This document shows positions 30,301 to 39,390 of a stretch of DNA of 64,000 nucleotides, in pieces (positions within the stretch are counted from its first letter, which is position 1; every line of letters begins with the position of its first letter). The DNA lies in the IMG/VR virus record IMGVR_UViG_3300046839_000025, one strand, 5' to 3'. The stretch is from an uncultured virus (IMG/VR IMGVR_UViG_3300046839_000025) (lineage: Duplodnaviria > Heunggongvirae > Uroviricota > Caudoviricetes). Under the pieces are notes generated by a model that made no database searches, was not told where the DNA came from, and worked only from the letters and a program-made list of their open reading frames with translations. The position numbers and the translations under genes are program-made.

Positions 30301-30420
30301 ACTGAGACCTTTGGTATTGACGCAGAGGAGGAAGCTGTATTTGAATCACTGGATAAACTGCAGGAAGAGATTCTTGAGAAGCAGAATGATCTGCTAAAGC
30401 GATTGGAAGAAAGCAGATAA
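27367..30420 (+). CDS. GmrSD-like type IV restriction protein (DUF262-DUF1524) with C-terminal extra domains (DUF4268-like)
   Basis: IPVYQRKYDW, IIDGQQRLTT, IFESLNSTG; IEHIMPQ..LANLTLTGYN..LSN. Confidence 0.88.
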   Translation: MKGSEAKLLNFMEGANYRYVIPVYQRKYDWKRDNCEQLYDDLKSVIRDHRDSHFFGSIVSQVIPEGANIHYQIIDGQQRLTTVTLLLLAMSNLIRDKKIKSEEHKLDEQIMQRFLIAPWAAEEDKIKLRPVREDREALKKLFGQEEDFDRSSNLTINYYYFCEQLLREEVSVDDLYAAIGKLEIISILLEHGDNPQLIFESLNSTGLALTEGDKIRNYILMGLTPKEQTQYYDKYWTKIEKCTQNNVSGFVRDYLSIKQQVTPTISNVYHAFKKYAEEANLQVEDLLASLLEYARYYEKLLTGNSGLNNQELDDCLYRLNRLEVGVTRPFFMEVLRLNHEGKLSVDDVLQVFLITENYLFRRNICDVPTNALNKVFLNLNRDILRYDNTVNDYVDKFVYALLTKKESGRFPRDDEFSMALSEKQVYQMRGKYKVYLFERFENYGTIETKDVYKHLDQNDYSIEHIMPQHLTPAWIESLGPDYETIHETWLHRLANLTLTGYNPSLSNNTFIEKRDAKVGGYKNSGLRMTQKIAAKDSWGLPELEERNKRMVNYATKEIWKCPATAFRPAIKEFDSCTLEDENYDLTGRDIIKYSYQNMEQPVASWADMLEHVLKFLHQKDKSVLVSIAYNQNSASDLAAYVSTDPKKLRSAIKVDEELYFEKGTSTSLKISILRRLFALYNADPMDLVFYLRDVQQEKVSDESRYELRKRYWAYALPEIQKKNAHRGTFTNCALTSSNTVSGYFGLSGFSIHCVANYDKARIDMYLGNGSKEKNKKAFDLLQNHKSEIESNLGTALNWERSNDTKGSWISYSLKDVSITNEADWTRMAKFQAEWSDKFGNAMIPILEENFSDETEDERNKRKRIAVVTGYIHEWGLKKTESGEIDFDLAKSNQAYSRFRTKEMSALLPDVEGALSDWNVLNHYFYEIRNTTGESLYIQLAFNSKNLPEDQREICERICDIESTKYKKNWDWLLPLRTGTETFGIDAEEEAVFESLDKLQEEILEKQNDLLKRLEESR

Positions 30421-30495
30421 AGAATCGTTCAGGGACGATAATTAAAATTGGGATAAATATTTTCATGAAAACCGAGAGGAACGAAGTATCAGAAG

Positions 30496-31029
30496 ATGAG
30501 TAATTTATCAAGAATGCAGGGATCACCCTGGCACGTAGAACGTATGGAACGAGGTGACGGTGACGAGAGGAGGCACCGCAGCAGGTGCATTTATTTTCAT
30601 AAGAGAGGAAAGCATTGCATTTATTATAATGGCCAATGCTATGGATCAGCGCATTGCAATTATTACAAGGAAGGAAATCATAAAAATAAAGAATTCGCAG
30701 ATTCACTTCGAAAGAAAACTGAGAAAGTACATAATAACAATTGGCCAGGATCAGGAACAACAAATTATGAGATGGTCGGAGTATATACGGAAACGGCCAG
30801 AAATCCAATTGTCACAAAGAATAGCAAGGTTACGCTGCGGACAGGGGAGCAAGAAGAATTTACTATCATTATTGTTGAGGACGGTCGGGGCGATCCGTTC
30901 TCTAATCCGATGAAAGTTTCTGAATCCGCTGCACTGGGCAGGGCGTTAATGAGACATAAAGAAGGTGACACTGTTCAAGTAATAATGAATGACGAAGTCG
31001 TAAAATACAAGATAGTAAGTATAGGATAA
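30496..31029 (+). CDS. Cys/His-rich N-domain fused to GreA/GreB C-terminal domain
   Basis: RHRSRCIYF..C..C.GSAHC; VS.SAALGRALMRHKEGDTV..YKIVSI. Confidence 0.7.
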   Translation: MSNLSRMQGSPWHVERMERGDGDERRHRSRCIYFHKRGKHCIYYNGQCYGSAHCNYYKEGNHKNKEFADSLRKKTEKVHNNNWPGSGTTNYEMVGVYTETARNPIVTKNSKVTLRTGEQEEFTIIIVEDGRGDPFSNPMKVSESAALGRALMRHKEGDTVQVIMNDEVVKYKIVSIG

Positions 31030-31094
31030 ACTTATTAACGATTAACCATACCTTTTAACGTTTACCACACCATTTAACGATTACAGATAGGAGG

Positions 31095-33821
31095 GTGTGC
31101 ACTGTGACAAGATCAACTACAGTTCAAAACGGTGCATATCCTCTATATGCAAATCGCGGAGCGTCTGATGGCGGAGCTGAAGGGCCGGAAAGCCGTTATT
31201 TCAAGACATTCAGTGGTATTGTGCTGAGCGAGGCAATGAAGAGGCATGGTATCAAATTCGACGTCTTTATAGATCCATGTATGGGTTCAGCACACTTCGG
31301 GGTCTACGCTTTTGACGTGCTCATGAAAATTTACACGGAATACGGCTATACAGAGCGAGAAGCAGCTGCCTCCATTGTGCAGAATAATTTGTTTGGACTC
31401 GATATTGATGAGCGTGCTGCACAGCTTGCCAGCTTTGCCATTATGATGAAGGCTATGCAGTATGACAAGCGGTTCCTGAAGCGTGACATTCAGCCGCATT
31501 TTTACGAGATAAAGGAAAGTAATCATGTTAATTCCTTTACCATTGATTCCTTTACCAATGGGAACGACAAGCTCAAGAAGGATATCCAGTCGATTATCGA
31601 GGAAACACGGGATGCCAAGGAATACGGCTCTATCATTCAGATAAAGCCTGTAGATTTTGGCGCACTTTTTGCGCGATTTGAAGAGATCGAAGGAGATGTC
31701 AATCTCTATAAAGATATGGCATTGGATACACTTCTGCCGCTTGTACGAGAAGCAAAGATTCTGTCCGACAAATATGCAGTGGTAGCTACGAATCCGCCGT
31801 ACCTCAATAAGTTTGACGCGAAGCTGAAGAAGTATATCGTGGACAACTACGCCGATTACAAGGGTGACCTGTTCAGTGTGTTCGTTTACAGAAATTTTGG
31901 ATTCTGCGAGGAGAATGGATATTCCGGATTCATGACGCCTATGGTCTGGATGTTCATAAAGACATATGAGCCTTTACGGAATTATGTGCTGAAGAATAAA
32001 GCAATCACAACGCTGATCCAGTTTGAATACTCAGCGTTTGAGGAAGCGACAGTGCCTATCTGCTCGTTTGTGCTGAAGAATGGAAAAACTGAGAGCAAGG
32101 GAGAGTATTTCCGCCTGTTCGATTTTACGGGCGGCATGGAAGTACAGCGTAAAAAGGTAAAGGAAGCATTAGCAAATCCGGATTGCGGCTACTTCTACGA
32201 ATCCACCCAGTCCAACTTCTCCAAAATTCCCGGCAGCCCGGTGGCGTATTGGGCGAGTGAACAAATGTTGAAGGATTTTGAAATAGGAACGCCTTTAGAA
32301 AAAATCGCCTATCCTCGACAAGGCATGGCAACAACAAATAACAATAAGTTCTTGAGATTATGGTTTGAGCTCATAGCGGGAAATATAGGATTTAATCTTC
32401 ATGATGAACGCGACACCTATGATGGATTTAAGTGGTTTCCTTATAACAAAGGCGGAGACTTTAGAAAATGGTATGGTAACAACGACTATGTAGTCAATTT
32501 CAAAAATGGCGGAAGGGAAGTCTGCGATTATATAGATGCGCATTCAGCTGTTAATCATACTGGACGAGTTATTAATAGAGATAGGTACTTTAAGCCAAGT
32601 GTCACATGGTCAAAAATATCAAGTGGCAATATTGCATTTAGGTATAAGCCGAATGGCTTCATATTTGACGTCGCAGGCACATCAATTTTTGGAAATGATA
32701 AAACTCTAAAATGGATAGAAGGTTTTTTGAATTCAAACACTACGCGTAGAATATTATCTATGTTATCACCAACATTAAATTTTGAAGTTGGTCATATATG
32801 TTCAATACCGGTGATAGAAACTTACGATGATAAAACTATAGATCTTGTAAATGAAAATATACATTTAAGCCAATTTGACTGGGACTCCTTCGAAACCTCC
32901 TGGGACTTTCAGCGACATCCACTTATCCGCAGCACAACGACGATCAAAGAAGCTTTCTCTCAGTGGCAGCAGGAATGCGACGAGCGTTTCAATCAGCTGA
33001 AAAGTAACGAGGAAGAACTGAACCGTATCTTCATCGACATCTACGGCTTGCAGGATGAATTGACACCGGAGGAAGAGGAAAAGGATGTGACTGTCCGCAA
33101 AGCTGACCTCGAACGGGACATCCGTTCGTTTGTCTCCTATGCTGTTGGCTGTATGTTTGGTAGGTATTCTCTTGATGTAGACGGTCTCGCCTATGCGGGC
33201 GGCGATTGGGACAGCTCGAAATACAAAACATTCATTCCAGATAAGGATGCCATTATCCCGATTACTGATGACGAATATTTCACAGATGATATTGTCGGTT
33301 GCTTCGTGGAATTTGTGAAGGATGTTTATGGCGCTGACACGCTGGAAGAAAATCTGAAGTTCATTGCGGATGCGTTGGGTGAGAAAGGCGCTACATCACG
33401 GGAGGTCATTCGGAATTATTTCATAAAGGATTTTTACAAGGATCACTGCAAGACCTACCAGAAACGTCCGATTTACTGGCTCTTCGATTCCGGCAAGAAG
33501 AACGGATTCAGGTGTCTAATATACATGCACCGCTATCAGCCGGATACTATCGCCCGCATTCGAACTGACTATGTACATGAACAGCAGGCGCGCTATCGCA
33601 CGGCAATTTCCGGTCTTGAGCGCCAGATTAACGGTGCTTCGACATCAGAGCGGATTCGTCTGAATAAGCAGCTCAAAAAGCTTCGTGATCAGGCGGAGGA
33701 AACTCGTCTATACGAGGAAAAGATACACCATCTTGCGGATCGGATGATCTCGATTGATTTGGATGATGGCGTGAAGCACAACTACGCAATATTCCAGGAT
33801 GTTCTGGCGAAGATTAAGTAA
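31095..33821 (+). CDS. pglX: BREX-1 methyltransferase PglX, N-terminally truncated
   Basis: DPCMGS, GLDID, TNPPY, IPGSPVAYW, DWDSFETSWDF, YQKRPIYW, IDLDDGVKHNY; similarity starts only at motif I. Confidence 0.85.
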   Translation: MCTVTRSTTVQNGAYPLYANRGASDGGAEGPESRYFKTFSGIVLSEAMKRHGIKFDVFIDPCMGSAHFGVYAFDVLMKIYTEYGYTEREAAASIVQNNLFGLDIDERAAQLASFAIMMKAMQYDKRFLKRDIQPHFYEIKESNHVNSFTIDSFTNGNDKLKKDIQSIIEETRDAKEYGSIIQIKPVDFGALFARFEEIEGDVNLYKDMALDTLLPLVREAKILSDKYAVVATNPPYLNKFDAKLKKYIVDNYADYKGDLFSVFVYRNFGFCEENGYSGFMTPMVWMFIKTYEPLRNYVLKNKAITTLIQFEYSAFEEATVPICSFVLKNGKTESKGEYFRLFDFTGGMEVQRKKVKEALANPDCGYFYESTQSNFSKIPGSPVAYWASEQMLKDFEIGTPLEKIAYPRQGMATTNNNKFLRLWFELIAGNIGFNLHDERDTYDGFKWFPYNKGGDFRKWYGNNDYVVNFKNGGREVCDYIDAHSAVNHTGRVINRDRYFKPSVTWSKISSGNIAFRYKPNGFIFDVAGTSIFGNDKTLKWIEGFLNSNTTRRILSMLSPTLNFEVGHICSIPVIETYDDKTIDLVNENIHLSQFDWDSFETSWDFQRHPLIRSTTTIKEAFSQWQQECDERFNQLKSNEEELNRIFIDIYGLQDELTPEEEEKDVTVRKADLERDIRSFVSYAVGCMFGRYSLDVDGLAYAGGDWDSSKYKTFIPDKDAIIPITDDEYFTDDIVGCFVEFVKDVYGADTLEENLKFIADALGEKGATSREVIRNYFIKDFYKDHCKTYQKRPIYWLFDSGKKNGFRCLIYMHRYQPDTIARIRTDYVHEQQARYRTAISGLERQINGASTSERIRLNKQLKKLRDQAEETRLYEEKIHHLADRMISIDLDDGVKHNYAIFQDVLAKIK

Positions 33822-33835
33822 AGGAGGCTCTGCTT

Positions 33836-36445
33836 ATGGCTTTGCCTGATTCAGATAAAGTAATACAGGAATTAAACCGCCGGTTCGCCGCGCCGCTTCC
33901 GGAGTTCTATCAGCGCCGGATCATTTTCTGGTACGACGAGGATCGGGATTTTGAGGAAAAGGTTCAGAACGGAGAAATCGAACTGGCGGACTCAAAGCTC
34001 ATCGAGCTGAATGAGACAAATAATTTTGAAGTAAAGAAGCTTTTGACGCATGACGACAGGACGAGCAATTTCTGTGTCTATTGCCCGGTCACATATCCAG
34101 ATGAAAAGAACTGGCTTCTGCCGGTTCAGCTTTACAGCGAGGAATTCCGTGCGGATCTTGTTTCCATCTGGCTTGAGGAGATGGGCATAGAGAACACGGC
34201 GAACCTGCGTAAGACGGTGAAGGACTATCGTCCGTTTTTCAAGACGAAGGCTCACCGAACGAAGGTGGCAAATCTCAATCAGAAGATTACTGCGCCTGTA
34301 CATCTTCATAAGGCTGTGATTGCGGTTCTCTGCGGTGTGAAAGATACCGGCCCGAATCTTTTGATCCGGACAGTGCTCCGTGCTGGAACCAATCAGGAAC
34401 AGAATGGCATCTATCAGTCGCTCGTGAAGTATGGAGCGGACTCTGTCTTCTGGCAGATGGTCGCACAGGTGACCGGATATCGGGAAGAAACGCCAGATCT
34501 CGGCATGCTTTCATGTCATATTCTGATGACAGCCGCTACGCGTACTATGCGCATGGATAATCTGGTCGGACTGGATAGCTTCATTTCCATTCCGCACCAG
34601 AGCTATTGCTATGACTTTATGTCGGAGTGGATGCATTCGGATGAGGTGCAGGAACTTTACGGCATCGCGAGAGAAACAGAGGACGAGCTGCGTCTTCCGG
34701 CAAGATTCAGCCAGCTTCCGATTGAAGAACTGGTCGGAACCGAGATCTTCCCGTGCATCGACGAATGCATCTTGAAAAAGCTGATGACAGATATCATCGA
34801 CCATACGATCAACGTAGATGTCATCGAGCAGACTGTGGGACAACGAAGGACGATGCTCTGGTATGAGCGGGTCCAGAATTTCTACGAGGGTGTTCTGGAA
34901 GTTGCGCATATGCAGCAGTTCTATCTGGATCATGCAGCAGGGTTCCATACGGTGGAGCCGCACAAGGCCTGGAAGGAATACACGACGGATTATTACAAGA
35001 TGGACACTTATTACAGACTGTTCCATGTTGCATTCGGAGAATCTTTGAATTCATCGAATCCGCTGCTTGATGATCTGTTCAAGCATGTGGCGGACAATGT
35101 GGAAGGGCTGTACGCAAACTGGTACTTGGACAATCTCGGCTCCAACTGGGCGAATGCGGCAGCAGATAACCTGAAGGAATACGGCAGGATTCTGGAAGTT
35201 CCGCAGCAGCGGGATTTCTATAGAACCTATGTACAGAATGCAGACACGCGTGTCTTCGTGATCATCTCTGATGCAATGCGCTATGAGGTGGCCGCTACAC
35301 TTTCAGAGGAATTGCGCCGGGAAACGCAGGCGGAAGTGAAGCTTTCATCCTGTGAAGGAATCTTCCCGACCGTGACGAAGTTTGGCATGACTGCGCTTTT
35401 GCCGCACAAGGAACTAAAGGCAGAATTGAAGTCAAACGGCGTCGTGGGTGTTCTGGCGGATGGTCAGCCGACGGATGCGCAGTACCGGGATGGAATCCTT
35501 AAAAAAGCAAATCCGGCAAGTGTGGCACTTAAGTACAAGTATCTCATTAAGATGAAACACGCCGAACGCAGTGCGTTGGTGAAGGGTATGGAGGTCGTGT
35601 ATATCTATCACGATAAGATCGATGAGACGAGTCATACCGATGAAGCACTTGTTTTCGATTCCTGTAGTGACGCGATTTCCGAGCTCAAGAACATGGTGCG
35701 GATCATCGTGAATGAGTTCAGCGGGACGAGAATATACATCACTTCTGACCACGGATTTATCTATACCTATAAGCCGCTGACAGAGGATGCAAAGGTAGAT
35801 AAGACGCCATCCTCAGCCGATGATATAGAAGTCGATCGCCGCTATCTCATCACGAAGAAGGGCGCGAAGCCGGAATATCTGCTTCCGGTGAAGTTCCTCG
35901 ATGGCACGCAGTATGACGCTTTTGTGCCGATCGGGAATACGCGGATCAAGAAGAAAGGCGGCGGTCTGAATTTCGTGCATGGAGGCATCAGCCTGCAGGA
36001 GATGGTTGTGCCGGTGATCGATTACCATTACATGCGTACGGACAGCGCCGGGTATCAGAAAAATAAGAAAAAGTATGATACCAAGCCTGTAACGCTGAGC
36101 CTTCTCTCCGCAAGCCGCAAGATCAGCAATATGATCTTCTCTTTGAATTTCTATCAGAGGGAAGCTGTCGGTGATAACCGGGAAGCTGCAAATTACCTTC
36201 TGTACTTTGTCGATTCAGAAGGAAAACAGGTCAGCGATACGCAGCGGGTGATTGCGGATAAGACGAGCAGCAATAATCAGGACAGGACGTTCCGCGTGAG
36301 CTTCAACCTGAAATCAATGAAATACAGTAATAAAGAAAGCTATTATCTGGTAATTGCAGACGAAAGCGGTCTGCAGCTGCCACAGCGTGAAGAATTCTCC
36401 ATAGACATTGCCTTTGCTGTGGATGACTTCGATTTCTTCAGTTAA
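33836..36445 (+). CDS. pglZ: BREX-1 PglZ phosphatase-domain protein
   Basis: RRIIFWYD, IISDAMRYE, TSDHGF, FVHGGISLQE. Confidence 0.93.
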   Translation: MALPDSDKVIQELNRRFAAPLPEFYQRRIIFWYDEDRDFEEKVQNGEIELADSKLIELNETNNFEVKKLLTHDDRTSNFCVYCPVTYPDEKNWLLPVQLYSEEFRADLVSIWLEEMGIENTANLRKTVKDYRPFFKTKAHRTKVANLNQKITAPVHLHKAVIAVLCGVKDTGPNLLIRTVLRAGTNQEQNGIYQSLVKYGADSVFWQMVAQVTGYREETPDLGMLSCHILMTAATRTMRMDNLVGLDSFISIPHQSYCYDFMSEWMHSDEVQELYGIARETEDELRLPARFSQLPIEELVGTEIFPCIDECILKKLMTDIIDHTINVDVIEQTVGQRRTMLWYERVQNFYEGVLEVAHMQQFYLDHAAGFHTVEPHKAWKEYTTDYYKMDTYYRLFHVAFGESLNSSNPLLDDLFKHVADNVEGLYANWYLDNLGSNWANAAADNLKEYGRILEVPQQRDFYRTYVQNADTRVFVIISDAMRYEVAATLSEELRRETQAEVKLSSCEGIFPTVTKFGMTALLPHKELKAELKSNGVVGVLADGQPTDAQYRDGILKKANPASVALKYKYLIKMKHAERSALVKGMEVVYIYHDKIDETSHTDEALVFDSCSDAISELKNMVRIIVNEFSGTRIYITSDHGFIYTYKPLTEDAKVDKTPSSADDIEVDRRYLITKKGAKPEYLLPVKFLDGTQYDAFVPIGNTRIKKKGGGLNFVHGGISLQEMVVPVIDYHYMRTDSAGYQKNKKKYDTKPVTLSLLSASRKISNMIFSLNFYQREAVGDNREAANYLLYFVDSEGKQVSDTQRVIADKTSSNNQDRTFRVSFNLKSMKYSNKESYYLVIADESGLQLPQREEFSIDIAFAVDDFDFFS

Positions 36446-36459
36446 AGGATGTGATACGA

Positions 36460-38580
36460 ATGGATGATATTTCTACCGGGGAAAAGAGTGCCCGTGAAAT
36501 CATAAAAGAAAAGCTCCGTCAGAATTTTGATGGGAAGATCGTGCGGAAGGATCTGACTAAGAAGATCAAGGAAGGCGCGAATGTGCCGGTCTATGTTCTG
36601 GAGTTCCTGCTCGGCCAGTACTGCAGTTCCGATGACGAGGAAGTCATCGAACAGGGCATTGAGAATGTGAAGCGGATTCTGGCGGACAACTTTGTCCGTC
36701 CGGATGAAGCCCAGAAGGTTTTGTCGAAGCTTCGCCAGAGGGGGAGCCACACCATTATTGATATGGTGACAGTGAATCTCAATCTCCATTATGACGAGTA
36801 CGAGGCGAGCTTTTCTAATCTCGGCCTTGCCGGGATTCCAATCAGTGAGGAATATCCGGAGAAGTATGACCGCCTGCTCTGCGGAGGTATCTGGTGCATT
36901 GTTCAGCTTGAGTATAACTCCGGCGAAGACGCAGTGCCAGATATTATTTCTCTTTCTGGCGACCGGATTCAATCGAAGCGGAAAAAGCAGAAAGATCTGA
37001 CACCGATCAGCATCCGCAAGCTGACGCCGATCCAGTTGCCAAACGTGGATATGGAGGGCCTGAAAGAAGGCCGGAAAGACTTCACAAAAGATGAATGGCT
37101 CGATATTTTAATGCGCTCCATTGGAATGGAGCCGGATGAACTGACCTACAGAGAGAAATGGTTGCTTCTCACCCGGATGATCCCGCTGGTCGAGAATAAC
37201 TTCAATCTCTGCGAGCTGGGTCCACGTTCGACCGGAAAGTCGTATCTGTATAAAGAAGTGTCGCCGAACAGTATTCTTGTATCCGGTGGGCAGACGACGG
37301 TCGCAAACCTCTTCTATAACATGGGCCGGAAGACCATCGGACTTGTCGGACTATGGGACTGCGTGGCTTTTGATGAAGTCGCTGGAATCAAGTTCAAAGA
37401 TAACGACGGCATTCAGATTATGAAGGACTACATGGCTTCCGGTTCCTTTGCCCGCGGAAAGGAAGAAAAGGCTGCTTCTGCGTCAATGGTTTTCGTTGGC
37501 AATATCAATCAGAGTGTCGATGTGCTTCTGAAGACATCCAGCCTCTTTGATCCGTTTCCGCCGGAAATGGGTACGGATACAGCATTCCTGGATCGTATTC
37601 ACTGCTATCTGCCGGGATGGGAAGTGCCGAAGTTCCGCCCTGAACATTTTACAGATGACTATGGATTCATCACGGATTATCTGGCCGGATGGATTCGCGA
37701 GATGCGGAAAGAGCAGCTGGGTGACGCGCTGGATCATTATTTCCATCTCGGCAAGAACTTGAACCAGCGTGATGTCATAGCGGTCCGCAGGATGGTGGAT
37801 GGTTATTTGAAACTCATGTATCCAAACGGCGAATTCACAAAGGACGACATAGAGGAAGTCCTGAAGATTTCTCTCGAAATGCGCCGCCGCGTTAAAGAGC
37901 AACTCAAGAAGCTCGGTGGCATGGAATTCTATGATGTGAACTTCAGCTATATCGACAACGAGGCCTTTGAAGAAAAGTATGTATCCGTCCCAGAGCAAGG
38001 CGGCGGAAAGTTGATCCCGGAAGGAATCTGCAATCCAGGTCAGGTCTATACCGTGTCCCGTGGTAAGAGCGGCATGCTCGGTGTATTCCGTCTGGAATCG
38101 CAGATGTTGCCGGGAACTGGAAAGCTCGTATGCACCGGCCTTGGAAGCGATCGTGGTGCAAAGGAAGCAACAAATACTGCATTCAATTTCCTGAAGGCGA
38201 ATGCAAAGCGGATCAGCGGTTCCATCAGCATGACGTCGAAGGATTACAACATCGATTATCAGGATTTGCAGGGCATCGGAATCACAGACAAGCTGGCTCT
38301 GCCGACGGTCATCTCTATCTGTTCGATTGCGCTGAACCGACCGACGCAGAGTTCTCTGGCCGTCCTGGGAGAGATCAGCATCGCCGGTTCCATGATAAAA
38401 GTTGATGAGCTAGCAAATACGCTCCAGGTATGCCTTGACAGCGGAGCTAAGAAGATTTTGCTTCCGATCACATCGGCAGCAGACATGGGAACTGTACCAC
38501 CGGAACTGATGGGAAGCTTTCACATTATTTTTTATCAGAGCGCGGAGGACGCGGTGTTCAAGGCGCTGGGAGTGGAATAA
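36460..38580 (+). CDS. brxL: BREX Lon-like protein BrxL
   Basis: ANVPVYVLEFLLGQYC, ELGPRSTGKS, VAFDEVAG, Lon-like C-terminus. Confidence 0.93.
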   Translation: MDDISTGEKSAREIIKEKLRQNFDGKIVRKDLTKKIKEGANVPVYVLEFLLGQYCSSDDEEVIEQGIENVKRILADNFVRPDEAQKVLSKLRQRGSHTIIDMVTVNLNLHYDEYEASFSNLGLAGIPISEEYPEKYDRLLCGGIWCIVQLEYNSGEDAVPDIISLSGDRIQSKRKKQKDLTPISIRKLTPIQLPNVDMEGLKEGRKDFTKDEWLDILMRSIGMEPDELTYREKWLLLTRMIPLVENNFNLCELGPRSTGKSYLYKEVSPNSILVSGGQTTVANLFYNMGRKTIGLVGLWDCVAFDEVAGIKFKDNDGIQIMKDYMASGSFARGKEEKAASASMVFVGNINQSVDVLLKTSSLFDPFPPEMGTDTAFLDRIHCYLPGWEVPKFRPEHFTDDYGFITDYLAGWIREMRKEQLGDALDHYFHLGKNLNQRDVIAVRRMVDGYLKLMYPNGEFTKDDIEEVLKISLEMRRRVKEQLKKLGGMEFYDVNFSYIDNEAFEEKYVSVPEQGGGKLIPEGICNPGQVYTVSRGKSGMLGVFRLESQMLPGTGKLVCTGLGSDRGAKEATNTAFNFLKANAKRISGSISMTSKDYNIDYQDLQGIGITDKLALPTVISICSIALNRPTQSSLAVLGEISIAGSMIKVDELANTLQVCLDSGAKKILLPITSAADMGTVPPELMGSFHIIFYQSAEDAVFKALGVE

Positions 38581-38601
38581 GCATTTTTATTGAGGTATCG
38601 T

Positions 38602-39390
38602 ATGAACGAAAGAATTGAGGAATCATTTGAACTGTTGTCCCAACAAGAATGGGATGATTTCTTAGCTGTAAATTATTTTGATAACATGATAATAGACGGC
38701 AGTAAATTTGGTGTTGGCAGTATAGGCAAGCCAAAGTTACCAGAAATAATTCAACAGCATAACAATAAAATTGGCGATTGCAAAATCACATACTGTTTTT
38801 GTAGACACTACTACGATAGAGGGATACCGGATGATCCTTGGTATAGTTCTCCAGGAGAAAACGGAGAATCAATACAATATTTTCCCTATTTTAAAAAAGA
38901 ACATTGGATGAGAAAATATTGGTTCGCGTATTTTTCCGATACGTATTATTTAAAGATGTCCGCTGTGTGGGATTCAATTGTTGAGCTTTTGAATTATTAC
39001 TATGGATTAGAGTATAGATCTGATTACCGGCTAAAAAGTAATGTCTTGGAGTGGTTGAAAGACAATCAGAAAAATTTATATGATGAATTGGATGCCTTGT
39101 GGAAAGATAAGATATTCCAAGATGCCAATAAATATAGAACGGCAGCAGCTCATGGAATTTCAGAGAATGAAATCCATAATACTATTTCAGAAGAAAAAAA
39201 TGTGACGGCTACATTCCCGAAATTAGATGAAAAAGGGAATGTTGTTTTTAAAGAAGTGAAAGGGGAAAGAATCTCTGCTACAGCAGGTGAATATACGAAT
39301 GTAAAAACAATTATGGACAATATGCAAGATTATGCAGTTTTATCAGGAAATGAAATACAAAAGATTATTTCTATTATTCTTGCTAAGTAA
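38602..39390 (+). CDS. HEPN-domain protein (Cthe_2314-like), putative toxin/Abi
   Basis: RxxxxH motif (YRTAAAH), helical SAVWDSIVELLN segment, AT-rich. Confidence 0.6.
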   Translation: MNERIEESFELLSQQEWDDFLAVNYFDNMIIDGSKFGVGSIGKPKLPEIIQQHNNKIGDCKITYCFCRHYYDRGIPDDPWYSSPGENGESIQYFPYFKKEHWMRKYWFAYFSDTYYLKMSAVWDSIVELLNYYYGLEYRSDYRLKSNVLEWLKDNQKNLYDELDALWKDKIFQDANKYRTAAAHGISENEIHNTISEEKNVTATFPKLDEKGNVVFKEVKGERISATAGEYTNVKTIMDNMQDYAVLSGNEIQKIISIILAK

